Shown piece by piece: positions 1-10,186 of a stretch of DNA of 36,052 nucleotides. The notes beneath the pieces were generated by a model. That model did not search any database. It had not been told where the DNA came from and saw only the letters and a program-made list of their open reading frames with translations. The DNA lies in the IMG/VR virus record IMGVR_UViG_3300031950_000004, positions 1-36,052 of that record; one strand, given 5' to 3'. Source of the DNA: a virus (Duplodnaviria > Caudoviricetes). Within the stretch, counting starts at the first letter, position 1; each line of letters starts with the position of its first letter. Position numbers and translations under genes: made by a program.

Positions 1-183
1 TCTGCTCTGGTAAAAGACGTTCATGCCAGAGTTTAAACCCTGGAAAGTACTCTATTAGCAAGGATAGGATAGCACCTGCGATTAAAGATAAAGTTTCTTC
101 GCCCATTTTGCACCTCCGAAAAAAAAAATCTAAAGAAATTATACTTTAGGTTTTTGTGGAAACGGTAATTTCATCACATCCAC
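1..183 (+). repeat. Terminal direct repeat, copy 1 (circular overlap)
   Basis: Identical to 35871-36052 except an A-run of 10 here versus 9 there; starts inside the holin gene. Confidence 0.97.
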
Positions 184-224
184 ACTCGGAGTCTCGGTAT
201 CCAACCACGTCTATTTCACCTCAA

Positions 225-506
225 TTATGGTATCTCGATATTCGGCATTTCTACCCATTCCTGCCACCCCTCCCTTTCAACAATTTCCATCGTCGTTGTG
301 TCAACATAGAATCTACCTTTTCCCTCTTTGTCTCGTCTGCCTTGACTTTCGAAGAGCGCAATACGCACCGCCCGATAGGTTTCGGCGTCCTCTGGAATTT
401 CACCGATTTCCAAGGGGATGTTGGTGGAATGGGTAAAATAGGGATAGTCAACGTCTTTAACGACATAATAAATCTCTCCTGTTTGTGGGTCGTAAAAGAT
501 TTTCAT
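225..506 (-). CDS. Hypothetical protein downstream of tail fibre (possible fibre assembly/chaperone)
   Basis: 93 aa ORF; SD GGAGG just after the fibre stop codon; function suggested by position only. Confidence 0.7.
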   Translation of the reverse strand: MKIFYDPQTGEIYYVVKDVDYPYFTHSTNIPLEIGEIPEDAETYRAVRIALFESQGRRDKEGKGRFYVDTTTMEIVEREGWQEWVEMPNIEIP

Positions 507-515
507 GATTCCTCC

Positions 516-2552
516 TTATCCATAATAAGCATAACTCGATGCCTCGGCGTAATAATTGGTAGTATTGCCAGAGTAATAAAGATATTCTGCAAAAACTGTT
601 TTTGCACCTTTTGTCAAATATATTCCATAGGAGTTGTTTGTTATGCGGTGTTTCGAAGTATCGTTATAATAAAACCATAAGGTAGAATTGTTGTGTGCAT
701 TGATTCCTGTATTGAAACCATTTATCGCAAGTACTCCATACTCAACGTATAACGAACCTGAATTATAAACTTTTATTGCAATTAAACTTGTACCAGTATT
801 GTTGATATAACAATTTCCAAAAGAGATTATCGAATCACCACATTCTATCAATGAATACAAGCTCCCATCACATAAAACAAAATTACTAAACATTACAACA
901 TAAGAATTATTTAAAGAATAAACCCTGCCCTGGTTATTAAATCTTATTTTGCAATATCTAATCACATTATTGGTTGCCGCTCTAAAGAAAACACCTATAT
1001 TATTAATATACAAATTTTGTAAATATACAAAATCACAATAAATGTAACTATGCGTATTAATATTAGTGAGTTGCGATTGGATGGTCAAATTACCAGAAGG
1101 TGTAGAAGATGAATAACCAACTACCGTTAATGTATCTGCTGTATTACTTATTATTACGCTAGTTTGATTATTCCAGTGTGCCAAATATCCAACCCACTGA
1201 TTAGGTGTCCATCCTGCTCCCGATACCGTTATTGTACAATAATTTTCTACACTACCCGTTGTCCCAGATGTAATTGTCCCCGTATAATTCGTTTGCAATG
1301 TGCCATTGATATAGATATAATAATTCCCAGTGGGATATTTTCCCTGCACAGTAAAACCACTGTATGTACCAGTGGCAATATTAATATAGACATTCCCACT
1401 ATATTGTCCAGGAATCTGATTGATAGCATATTGTATTGTCTTAAACGCATTCGTCCCCGTCCCATATCCTTTGTCCTGACTATCCGTACCATTTGCATCA
1501 TCTACATATAATGTCATGCTCTCTAAACTTATTATTGGTATCCATGATGAACCATCATACATCATCAGCACCTTCCGTCCTGACGGTGTATGTAAAAACC
1601 ACTGTCCTATTACTGGGGATGTCGGCAATGTACTTCCGTTATCGCAAGCCATTGCGATTGCTTTGTACTTTGCAAAGTCAACGTCCTTGGAGAAAGTTAG
1701 GTTAGTGCTATCAATAATAGAACTATCCCCAACCGCATTCGTCCCCGTAAATTTGGGGATAGTATTAGTTGTCCCTGAACCCAGCACTGCCGTTCCAGTC
1801 CCTGGCACGGTCAGCGTATAATCCTTTGTGCGCACTGTGTTAGTGCGTTCATTTTTGAGTCCGTCTTCGTCAACCGTGACAGCAGTGACTGGAGTAGTAC
1901 TTCCTGTCGGAGTGACTTCTACGTCCAACTTTGTACCGTGTGCTGTGCTCGACCAGTTTTGCGCCGCTCGAAAATTTATCCTTACCCGACTTCCACTAGA
2001 CCAATCTGTGCCGTCATGACCGAGAGCGGAAATTCGACCGAGCAGATCGTTGTTCTGCACCGCTCCACTTCCGCTTTGGCGAGAGCGCCAAAAAGCCAAA
2101 AATGGATTATAACTATCGGTTATGCGTCGTATGTCTACATAGCCGCGAGACCAGAAGGTCTCGCCATAATCTCCGTAGAGGGTGTCACCGATAAGTGCTA
2201 GAGCGTCCAAAGTGGACTCATATTCGATACCCGTTATGGCTTTAATCTGGTTATTCACGTCCCAAAAGACGACTTGATTTTGCGACCCCGTACCTTGTGG
2301 GATGACTTTGAACTCCAAACCGTCTTCGGCAGATTTGACGGAGACAACCTTGTTAGCGTGACCTGAGTAACTGCTCGGTGTATCGGTAAGACCGAGAAAC
2401 GTAGACGTCCCACCACTCAGGTCACCGTTTAGCTTTGTCAACGTTCCGTTCACGGTAATCGTATCATATTGCATCGCGTAAACTTGCAGCTCCTCCCCTG
2501 CCGCGACGAAAACCTTATTAGCGTAACTCCCGATTACCTTGATCACAGCCAT
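516..2552 (-). CDS. Tail fibre/spike receptor-binding protein with C-terminal beta-helix (pectin-lyase-like) region
   Basis: 678 aa, G/S/T/N-rich; motif LYVDDANGTD...AFKTIQYAI typical of beta-helix entry; last large gene of the tail module; SD GGAGGT. Confidence 0.8.
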   Translation of the reverse strand: MAVIKVIGSYANKVFVAAGEELQVYAMQYDTITVNGTLTKLNGDLSGGTSTFLGLTDTPSSYSGHANKVVSVKSAEDGLEFKVIPQGTGSQNQVVFWDVNNQIKAITGIEYESTLDALALIGDTLYGDYGETFWSRGYVDIRRITDSYNPFLAFWRSRQSGSGAVQNNDLLGRISALGHDGTDWSSGSRVRINFRAAQNWSSTAHGTKLDVEVTPTGSTTPVTAVTVDEDGLKNERTNTVRTKDYTLTVPGTGTAVLGSGTTNTIPKFTGTNAVGDSSIIDSTNLTFSKDVDFAKYKAIAMACDNGSTLPTSPVIGQWFLHTPSGRKVLMMYDGSSWIPIISLESMTLYVDDANGTDSQDKGYGTGTNAFKTIQYAINQIPGQYSGNVYINIATGTYSGFTVQGKYPTGNYYIYINGTLQTNYTGTITSGTTGSVENYCTITVSGAGWTPNQWVGYLAHWNNQTSVIISNTADTLTVVGYSSSTPSGNLTIQSQLTNINTHSYIYCDFVYLQNLYINNIGVFFRAATNNVIRYCKIRFNNQGRVYSLNNSYVVMFSNFVLCDGSLYSLIECGDSIISFGNCYINNTGTSLIAIKVYNSGSLYVEYGVLAINGFNTGINAHNNSTLWFYYNDTSKHRITNNSYGIYLTKGAKTVFAEYLYYSGNTTNYYAEASSYAYYG

Positions 2553-3335
2553 CTATCCACCTCCAAAACTTGCTATTTGCAATCCGTAAGTCGTACCATT
2601 AAAACCACAATGTGCGATTTGACCTGTACAAGCATGAGTCACGCATCCATACCCTTGTCCAGAAGTAGAAATCCCTTCGAAGTAACACAAATCCGCGTAA
2701 AGTGTTGTTGCAGAATGGGGTCCCACGATTAAACCAGCAGCTGTCCCAGAGGAAGTTGAAGCAAATGTGTAAACTCGACTCAAGGCAGCCATTAAAGCAA
2801 CTTGAATTGCATAAGTTGTCCCAGAACTGCTGTTGTTGACACGAACCAGCAGGTCTCGAAAGGAGTAACCCGACAATGAACAAAAAATTCCACGTACAAG
2901 ATTCGTGGAGTTCGCACTGAACAAAAACGCGAGATTATCCAGCGCAACGTTTCCGATAGTGATAGATACCAAGTTTCCGCTAACAAATCCAGTGGCATTG
3001 CTGATTACGGCTCCTTTTTGAAAAGTGTCCAAAGAAGCGTTCCTCACAGGATCCCGAACTCCGATAAGTTTTATCCGCTTGTTGATGTTCAGCGTACTGT
3101 TGATTTGAATGTGCACAGCAGGAATGGTAATCGTGTCGTAATCGGCAGCGGCACCGATCGCCGCTCGCAATCCGTCCTCGTCTGCCGTGTACCTACGAAC
3201 CTTCGAGCCATAAAGCACGATTTCCGCTCCTGTCTCACTGCTCGCCGTGCGCTTAGTAAGATTAGCGAGTTGTTCGATGTCCCGCATAGCGAAAGGACGT
3301 AACCGCTCCCAAAGCTCATGTGCAGTCTCAGACAT
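2553..3335 (-). CDS. Tail-associated protein with probable beta-helix region
   Basis: Start moved to 3335 (MSETAH; SD GGAGG, TGATG overlap with upstream stop); AAIGAA...TITIP...INKRIKLIG resembles a pectate-lyase-like N-terminus. Confidence 0.6.
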   Translation of the reverse strand: MSETAHELWERLRPFAMRDIEQLANLTKRTASSETGAEIVLYGSKVRRYTADEDGLRAAIGAAADYDTITIPAVHIQINSTLNINKRIKLIGVRDPVRNASLDTFQKGAVISNATGFVSGNLVSITIGNVALDNLAFLFSANSTNLVRGIFCSLSGYSFRDLLVRVNNSSSGTTYAIQVALMAALSRVYTFASTSSGTAAGLIVGPHSATTLYADLCYFEGISTSGQGYGCVTHACTGQIAHCGFNGTTYGLQIASFGGG

Positions 3336-4825
3336 CAGTAAACCTCCCCGATTTGATATGGACTGCTCCGACCCGCGATGCGACTGATGCGCCACTTACC
3401 TGTATGATATTCGATCTCCTCTGGCATAAAGGACACTCTAAGTTTGGTATCTTCGAGCAAATAATGTTCTCCAAGTCTCGGCATATCGAAAATATCTGCA
3501 TAATAACGTGTTCTTCCATCTGAACATAAGTAATAGTAATTGCTCTCTGTAGTTGGTTCTGTCGGTAGTAATTTGCAAATTAACCTTCGGTTTCCATCTA
3601 CATATGCAATCGCTCGATTGCTTTCCAATTTTAAGAGTTCTTTAAGCTCATACAATGCTGTGTTGTAACCTTCACGGAAAACACCCGTTTCCGTAGCAAA
3701 GTCTGCTTGGAATTCTACCCCACTCAAGAATTGTCCACAACTTGTTACGATGTTTTCGATTTGTTCCTTGACGCTTCCCATTCCGATAAGTTCAAAGTTC
3801 AGATCTCCCTTTTGAGGAGCTGGTTTCCATCTCGACAAATTCGTGTACCAAAGATAGGGATCTCCTCGAGGATATCCTAAATCCAAATTCGTATCCACCA
3901 TAAAATACTTATTCGCATCTACCGTTCCAGAGCGCTCAATCGTTATCCAATAAACCGTATTTGGATTCAAGTTAACAGCACTCGAAAATTCTTTTTCCAC
4001 CCAATCGGAAAAAGTTCCAATCTCACTCGCAGGGATAGTAACAGTTGCCAAAGCAGTTCCAGGTACACCACTATTATCAGCGCATAACTTTACAACCAAA
4101 TCATCCGTAGGAGGGTTGTTCTCTGGATACTTCCACGGACGGATGCTGATCTTCTTTGCCGACCAACCCTCGGTAGAAAGCAATTGCACTTGTTGGGCGA
4201 GTTTTGGTCGGTCATCCTCTCCGATTTCTCGACCACCCGAACCTGTCTCCGTGTATGCCTCGTAACCTTTATCGTTTGCATAATATACCCAGTCCAAGGT
4301 TTGTATCAAGCCAATAACGCCGACAACAACTTCATCTCCTCCCATGCCAGCGACGTCCAAACCGATGCTAGGCTCTTTGTGCAAGGTCAGATACTTGCTT
4401 GCCAGAGTATTTATTTCGCTCTCTGTTTTTTCCGAGACAGTTAAGAGTTTTTGCTTACGTCCATAGGTTTTTATGCTTATGCTATCTTCAATCCAGTCGG
4501 TCGCAATATTTTTGGATTCAATAGCGGATATGACTTTTACACTATTGTACATATCCTCTAAACTGCTCTGCAAGGTCATTTGTCCATAGGGCACGCGAAC
4601 ATTATTAATTAACCCAAGCCATTTACCCTGTCCAGTTTCGTCCCATAACTCCACATAATTGCTTATCAACGCTAAATACTCCTCTTCCACCCCAGCAAAC
4701 GGTAAAATGACCTCTGCGCTAATTAACCCACCAAAAGATGCAAAAACAACCCGTTCGACCCGAATGGAATTTTCGGTAAAAATTGTGTACAGGGAGTTTC
4801 GATTCAGTATTTTAGCGTTGATCAT
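3335..4825 (-). CDS. Minor tail / baseplate hub protein
   Basis: 496 aa, second gene after the tape measure; SIKTYGRKQK resembles hub-protein motifs; central beta-rich insertion. Confidence 0.6.
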   Translation of the reverse strand: MINAKILNRNSLYTIFTENSIRVERVVFASFGGLISAEVILPFAGVEEEYLALISNYVELWDETGQGKWLGLINNVRVPYGQMTLQSSLEDMYNSVKVISAIESKNIATDWIEDSISIKTYGRKQKLLTVSEKTESEINTLASKYLTLHKEPSIGLDVAGMGGDEVVVGVIGLIQTLDWVYYANDKGYEAYTETGSGGREIGEDDRPKLAQQVQLLSTEGWSAKKISIRPWKYPENNPPTDDLVVKLCADNSGVPGTALATVTIPASEIGTFSDWVEKEFSSAVNLNPNTVYWITIERSGTVDANKYFMVDTNLDLGYPRGDPYLWYTNLSRWKPAPQKGDLNFELIGMGSVKEQIENIVTSCGQFLSGVEFQADFATETGVFREGYNTALYELKELLKLESNRAIAYVDGNRRLICKLLPTEPTTESNYYYLCSDGRTRYYADIFDMPRLGEHYLLEDTKLRVSFMPEEIEYHTGKWRISRIAGRSSPYQIGEVY

Positions 4826-6159
4826 GCTCGCGTCCTCGACCTCGCAAACGCTTGCACTTCAACACGTTTTAGGACATGTCCCGCTCCGCGCATTTTGAAA
4901 TACATAACCCCGTCCCGATCTGGTGTTAAGGTAAGATTACCACCTCCTCGGATAATCCAATGATCGATTATTCGATTGTTGCTGTTTGTCACCCACGCTC
5001 GTCTTATAGCACCATCTACAAATAGAGTTTCACCAGTCTGCAAACCTCTTCCGGAAGCGGAAACAACCTCTACCACATCTCGTGCAGGGAAAATCTCCAA
5101 GTAATCCAAATCTACAATAGTCGCAGTAGAAGCGATTGCCATCAAATGCAAATTATAAATCTCATTGTAGTCATTGGAAACCCTATGCAGCAAAGTCGAA
5201 CGGAGCACACCGATTTTGCAAAGCTCTTCTGGATGACTTTCTGCTTGGAGCCATTCAGAAAATATCGCTGGATCTTTGCCGAATCTTACTCCAAACCTCA
5301 CATCGGAATTAGGGTTTAAAATTCTGGCTAAAATCAGCAAAGCGTCAAATTCCAGATTCGTTGGAGCAGACAATTCCCAGTGGATAACGCTCGTCCAGGA
5401 GGCACTTACAGATAACTCTTTGTAGTATCCATATTGATACAAATTGTAATCTGGAGCACTCGGTTTGGTAGTTCCTCCCATGCCGTAATAAGCGTCGAGC
5501 ACACGGTTAGATTGTACATTATCAGACATCTGATTGCCGATGGATAGCAAAATCGAATCTATCGGCTGATTGTCTAAAGACTTTATGCGAAGTTTTACAG
5601 GATAACTGAGTTGACTTTTGAATTCTTGGAGGTGGTTGGAATAAAAGTATCTCAAGTAATTGTAAAATTCTCCCAAAGATGAACCCTGGTTGCTGGTTAA
5701 ATTATCCACACGAATTGGATTTGTGGTGTCCTGATTAACGTGTGGATTGGAAATTTTCAAAGCGACTTCGGAAGACTCCCAGTAAGCAGGATGAGATATT
5801 TTAATTTCTACTTCTGGCTTGCGAGCGTGGATCCAATTATACCAATTTTCGTGGAGATTTATCTGCATGCTATCGATTGGAGTTCGATAGTAATTTGTCT
5901 CACTATCCGTTACGTCTCTTTCCAAATAAGTTCGAGGGTACAATCGATTATTGTTCCAAAGGTTGACTTTATCCAAAAACCACTCTAATTGACCCAGCAG
6001 CTCAACGTTTTCGGAAGCACTGCTACCAAGCAAAGTCAAAACCAGTCTATCCTCCTCTGTGTTAGATTCGTACTCCAACACCCCAAACTTATTACTGCTT
6101 TTTAGCACCAGCGTTTTGCTGTACAAACCGTCTGTATAATGCAGTCGAAATAGCGTCAT
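4822..6159 (-). CDS. Distal tail (Dit-like) protein
   Basis: 445 aa directly downstream of the tape measure, ATGA overlap; call is positional. Confidence 0.55.
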   Translation of the reverse strand: MTLFRLHYTDGLYSKTLVLKSSNKFGVLEYESNTEEDRLVLTLLGSSASENVELLGQLEWFLDKVNLWNNNRLYPRTYLERDVTDSETNYYRTPIDSMQINLHENWYNWIHARKPEVEIKISHPAYWESSEVALKISNPHVNQDTTNPIRVDNLTSNQGSSLGEFYNYLRYFYSNHLQEFKSQLSYPVKLRIKSLDNQPIDSILLSIGNQMSDNVQSNRVLDAYYGMGGTTKPSAPDYNLYQYGYYKELSVSASWTSVIHWELSAPTNLEFDALLILARILNPNSDVRFGVRFGKDPAIFSEWLQAESHPEELCKIGVLRSTLLHRVSNDYNEIYNLHLMAIASTATIVDLDYLEIFPARDVVEVVSASGRGLQTGETLFVDGAIRRAWVTNSNNRIIDHWIIRGGGNLTLTPDRDGVMYFKMRGAGHVLKRVEVQAFARSRTRA

Positions 6160-8513
6160 GAGATAATCGCTCCCCTCCCTTGGAACGCACGCAGTCTAAT
6201 TTCTTCCGCAACTTTGCGAGCGACTGTATGGAGATCTAATTCGTTACTTATTTGTGCGTTAATAACCACGTTCACAGATACCGTTTGAGACGGAGAAGTA
6301 GCTGTGGACGCGAGGACAGGGACGGATTGTAAGTTCTCTAAACCTTTCTGGTAACCCAAAGAAAGTCCAGCAGCCATTTGTTTTCCAATTTCTGCGAAAA
6401 CTTTACTCGGAGAAGAAATTCCAAGTATAGCTTTGATTGCGTTTATGACAGGGATTAGTGCTCCGCTGAACGCTACAGCAATGCGATAAGCGTTATCCAG
6501 TACACCTTTGATAATGCCATCCACGATTTCTTTGCCGATGATTACAAATTTGGACAAAGACAAAGCAGATCGAATTCTTCGAACAATCTCCTCCGCAACA
6601 AATCCAAAACGGTTTATCTGTCCAGCAACAGAATTATACATGCCAACAAATGCGTTAATAACCCCTGCTTTCATGGTTTCGATAGAATTAGATACTTTGA
6701 GCGTCAAAAGCTCCATCGCCATCCAAGCATACGTTCCAAAACCCACAATGGCTTTGCGAGCGTCAATTTCTATTCCCGTCAACCATTTAATTAGAGGAGC
6801 GATAATTTTCTCTCCGAGGTTAACCATCCATTCTCGCAAATGCATCCCAAACGCGTCGAAATCTCCTCGAATCAGCGCCAAAATCATGCCAAGCTGATGG
6901 CGCATATTCACAAAACCAAAAACAAAATACCCTGTAATGCTCTCCCAAACCCTCTGCCAATCGATACCCATAGTGTTCATGGAAACACTAAGCTCGCCGA
7001 ATTTTTGCTTGATCGCTTCGAAAGTCGGTAAAATACTTTCCATGTACAATGCAGTCAATTGATCTCGCATTCCAGCAAAATTGGTTTTCCAAGCCAAAGC
7101 CAACAATCCAACCAGCAAAATAAGCAAACCAATCGGAGAAAACAATAAAGACAACAAAGCCGCAAGTCCAGACAGAATTCCAGACACGATTCCAAACACT
7201 TTTATCGCAGCCAAAACCGCGAAAATAGCTTTTGCCGTTTCCAGTAAAGGACCTTTGTTTTGGATAATCCACTCTATAGCAGGTTTTAGCTTAGAGGATA
7301 AAGTATCATAAACACGACCGACCAAAGGGTCTATGTCGTATAAAGACTGTCGAAACTTCTCGCTGAAAAACCCCTCTCCAACCAGATTCGTCCAGGCATT
7401 GCGAATTTTCTCACCCCAAGTTTTAGACTTTTCGACTATCCTTTCTGCAGTCGGCATAATTACTTTTTCATAGGTCTCTCTGACATTTCCACCGAAAACC
7501 CCCAAAGACTCCGCAAATTTCAGCGACAAAGGTCCCGCAGTGAAAAATGCTGTTCCGACTTTTATGAGTTTTTCTGCTAAAACTCCAATGCTTTCTCCAA
7601 TGGATTCCAAACGTGCCAACCCAGGTCCCAAAACCCAGTCTGTAAACTGAGAGACCAGGGGTTTCAAAACTTCAAAGACTCCTTGGAATAATTTTCTAAG
7701 ACCGATTTCCTTCACGTCCTGCAGCGCACCTGCCAGTCCTGACCAAGATTGTGTAACTCGATCCAGATTACCAGCGTAATCTTCAGAGGCAACCTGTTTA
7801 AAGGCTTCCAAAAACGCTTTAGTCGAAATTCCTCCCTCATCTTGCTTGTCTTTTAAGCTCTCAAAACTCTCTCCCATCCGCTCCAGAATAGCTCTAACAT
7901 CGATACCTGCGTTCATAAGTTGACGCAAGTCCTGTATCAAAAGTTTATCGGAAGCAAAAATCTGCCCTAAAGCATAAGACACTCTATCCAGCTCAGCGGC
8001 AGTCAAACCTGAGCCTGCTCCCATATCCAGCATAGCTTGCGTCATTGCCTTGGCTTCCTCAATTGGAAAACCATAACGTGCCATCTGCGCAAAACTGGAA
8101 ATAACCGCAGAAGTAGCATACGGAGAGCGTATTGCCAAGTCTTCTATCCATTGTATCAGATCCTTGGTAGCACCTCCTGCTTGTTGCAAAGCTTCCTGAT
8201 AACTCATAGCCCCATCCGAAGCCCGTTTTAGATCTCTGGCTACCATGCCCTCCAACATGATGCTGAGACGTTCGAAATTGGAAATAGAATTAAAAGCCTC
8301 TCTGCTTAATTGTTGCAAAGCGAAAACCCCGTTCTGCACAATGTTTGCGCTAATAAAACCCATTGCGGTAGAGACAGCTTGTTGCAGAAACCCAAATGCT
8401 TGTCCTGCGGAGTGTCCTTCCGATTTTAAAGAACGCAAGGATCCCGCAACTCTTTGGATGGACGGAGAAGCGACATCTTGGGCAAGGATTCTAATTTTTA
8501 CTTCTGGACTCAT
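6156..8513 (-). CDS. Tail tape measure protein
   Basis: 785 aa, A/G/L-rich helical; tape-measure motifs (LAIRSPY, YALGQI, DLRQLMNAGI), hydrophobic stretch, LGISSPSKVF near the C-terminus; follows the chaperone genes. Confidence 0.93.
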   Translation of the reverse strand: MSPEVKIRILAQDVASPSIQRVAGSLRSLKSEGHSAGQAFGFLQQAVSTAMGFISANIVQNGVFALQQLSREAFNSISNFERLSIMLEGMVARDLKRASDGAMSYQEALQQAGGATKDLIQWIEDLAIRSPYATSAVISSFAQMARYGFPIEEAKAMTQAMLDMGAGSGLTAAELDRVSYALGQIFASDKLLIQDLRQLMNAGIDVRAILERMGESFESLKDKQDEGGISTKAFLEAFKQVASEDYAGNLDRVTQSWSGLAGALQDVKEIGLRKLFQGVFEVLKPLVSQFTDWVLGPGLARLESIGESIGVLAEKLIKVGTAFFTAGPLSLKFAESLGVFGGNVRETYEKVIMPTAERIVEKSKTWGEKIRNAWTNLVGEGFFSEKFRQSLYDIDPLVGRVYDTLSSKLKPAIEWIIQNKGPLLETAKAIFAVLAAIKVFGIVSGILSGLAALLSLLFSPIGLLILLVGLLALAWKTNFAGMRDQLTALYMESILPTFEAIKQKFGELSVSMNTMGIDWQRVWESITGYFVFGFVNMRHQLGMILALIRGDFDAFGMHLREWMVNLGEKIIAPLIKWLTGIEIDARKAIVGFGTYAWMAMELLTLKVSNSIETMKAGVINAFVGMYNSVAGQINRFGFVAEEIVRRIRSALSLSKFVIIGKEIVDGIIKGVLDNAYRIAVAFSGALIPVINAIKAILGISSPSKVFAEIGKQMAAGLSLGYQKGLENLQSVPVLASTATSPSQTVSVNVVINAQISNELDLHTVARKVAEEIRLRAFQGRGAIIS

Positions 8514-9012
8514 GTTCGATTTTTACGGCTTAACTTTTTCAGCTCTTTGTCCCTTTCTCTGGACAATTCTAAATAAGCCTCGAACCAATACAGAGAAAGG
8601 TTTTCTTCCACTTCCCATGGAGGGATGCCCCATTCTTGTGCCATTATGAGGACGCTTCTGGCATAGTCCCATTCGAAGCGTTCTCGAAAAAACGTGTATT
8701 CCCTCCAACACCAAAAACCTGCTGGAATAGAGTATCCGCTTCTTCCGCAGATAGATTTTCTAAAGCCTCTTCGATGGTACCGTTTTCCACTTGGCAAGCT
8801 GTCCGCAAAACGTGTTCCAGCAAAGCGTCGTACTCTAAAAACGCTTTTGCCATTTCCTGCTTGGCTTGGGAGTCGTCTTTTTTGCTAAGCTCTTCCAACT
8901 CCAGCAGTTTTGCGGATAAACGGACAAACCTTTGACGCAGTTTGAACGTCCCTGGTTTTCTGTTAAAGTCTGGTAAAACGAAAATTTTTAGCTCTCGTTG
9001 TTCCGTGTCCAT
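8510..9012 (-). CDS. Tail assembly chaperone long form (G-T fusion by -1 ribosomal frameshift, ~167 aa)
   Basis: Slippery T-TTT-TTC at 8692-8686 in the G frame; the -1 frame stays open to 8510 (…AQEWGIPPWEVEE…) and overlaps the tape measure start. Confidence 0.75.
8644..9012 (-). CDS. Tail assembly chaperone (gpG-like short form)
   Basis: 122 aa acidic helical ORF between tail tube and tape measure. Confidence 0.8.
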   Translation of the reverse strand: MDTEQRELKIFVLPDFNRKPGTFKLRQRFVRLSAKLLELEELSKKDDSQAKQEMAKAFLEYDALLEHVLRTACQVENGTIEEALENLSAEEADTLFQQVFGVGGNTRFFENASNGTMPEASS

Positions 9013-9014
9013 AC

Positions 9015-9986
9015 TTATAGACTGCTCTTTTCGTTCTTGACGATAATCTTAAGCTGAGTCGCTAAAGTCGATTGGTATATCGCTTTCCAGGTCATTTCTA
9101 CCGTGGCATTTCCATCTCTTTCAGAGAAAAGTGTAACGGGCTCGGCTAAAATGCCTGGCATTTGGATTTCAAATAAACGTTCTCCTGCACCCGTTCCAGT
9201 CCCGAAGCTTACACAGATAAGTCTTCGGGTAAGTCCCGCAGTTAGATCGTCTAGGAGACTTTTCGAACTGCTGTTCCACTCGTAAATCATCCGAAGACTG
9301 ATATCCCATGCAGCTTCTCCAAACGCTTCTGGTTGGGTATTGGAAGAAATAAATTTCTTTAGATGTCGAGCCAAATCCATGGACAGTTCGAATTCAATGA
9401 GTGTTCCTGTTACAGGAGTAGTTTTGATGGTTCCCGTGAAGGAGTCCAAGTAGAAAGAACCGTGCTTTACTGAAACGTATTGCACATCCTCTAAAGAAAT
9501 TGTTTCAAAACTCGATTGCGTTGCCAAAGTTCTCGCAAGACACTCCAAAGACAGTGTGACGTCTTCTCCCGCATTGCCAGAGATGGTTAAACTGTTCGCC
9601 AGTAAACCTGCAGCTCTGTAAATTCCAGCTCCAGCGAATCCGTAATAAGCCGTAAAAGATTTTGGATTTGACGGAGCGGAATACGGAGCGTTGAACGTCC
9701 ATGTATAAGGACCCGAACCTGTGGGAGTTGGCTCCCCGAAAACCATGGCAAGAGGATAAAGGACGTGCTGATAGGAAACGTCCATCTCCAGGGATGCGCT
9801 GATCTCTGGAATGCGCTCCTTAACAATGCTGGGCGTAAAGTGACCCACCTCACCCTTGATTTCTAAGGCAGGATCGAATTCGAAACTCAAGTCATTAATT
9901 CCGCGCAACTCCTGGGTTGGTGCAACTGCCGTTCCCCAGGTGGTTTCTTTTCCGATTTGTAATCGACGCAACCCATAAACTGCCAT
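9015..9986 (-). CDS. Major tail tube protein
   Basis: 323 aa; N-terminal LQIGKETTWGTAVAPT typical of siphovirus tail tubes; position; SD GGAGGT. Confidence 0.85.
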   Translation of the reverse strand: MAVYGLRRLQIGKETTWGTAVAPTQELRGINDLSFEFDPALEIKGEVGHFTPSIVKERIPEISASLEMDVSYQHVLYPLAMVFGEPTPTGSGPYTWTFNAPYSAPSNPKSFTAYYGFAGAGIYRAAGLLANSLTISGNAGEDVTLSLECLARTLATQSSFETISLEDVQYVSVKHGSFYLDSFTGTIKTTPVTGTLIEFELSMDLARHLKKFISSNTQPEAFGEAAWDISLRMIYEWNSSSKSLLDDLTAGLTRRLICVSFGTGTGAGERLFEIQMPGILAEPVTLFSERDGNATVEMTWKAIYQSTLATQLKIIVKNEKSSL

Positions 9987-10186
9987 TATGCACCTCCAGA
10001 TTTTTTAGTTTCTTTTGGATTGATAATTTTCTTTTCAGAGGGCTCCAGTGGAGCATAAAGTCCTGTTCGGATAAGCTCCTCTGTAAACCAACCTTTGATT
10101 TCCAATTCCAAAATGTCCTCTTCGTCCAAATCCCTCGCTGGAACCCCAAGCAAATAACCTTTTCCGACATAACGCAACTTTTTCAT
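9986..10186 (-). CDS. Small hypothetical morphogenesis-region protein
   Basis: 66 aa, SD GGAGGT, overlaps both neighbours. Confidence 0.7.
   Translation of the reverse strand: MKKLRYVGKGYLLGVPARDLDEEDILELEIKGWFTEELIRTGLYAPLEPSEKKIINPKETKKSGGA

Noticed and set aside
1-183. Physical direct terminal repeat of the virion DNA
   Set aside because: The repeat begins in the middle of the holin gene and far from terS; an assembly circularisation overlap is more likely. Read termini would be needed to decide.
516-2552. Diversity-generating retroelement target in the tail fibre
   Set aside because: No reverse transcriptase gene and no template/variable repeat pair noticed.
2550-2555. TAG readthrough or recoding fusing 2553-3335 to the tail fibre (same frame; a similar in-frame case at 33529/33539)
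   Set aside because: Both downstream genes have their own good SD, genes are intact under the standard code and no suppressor tRNA is seen.
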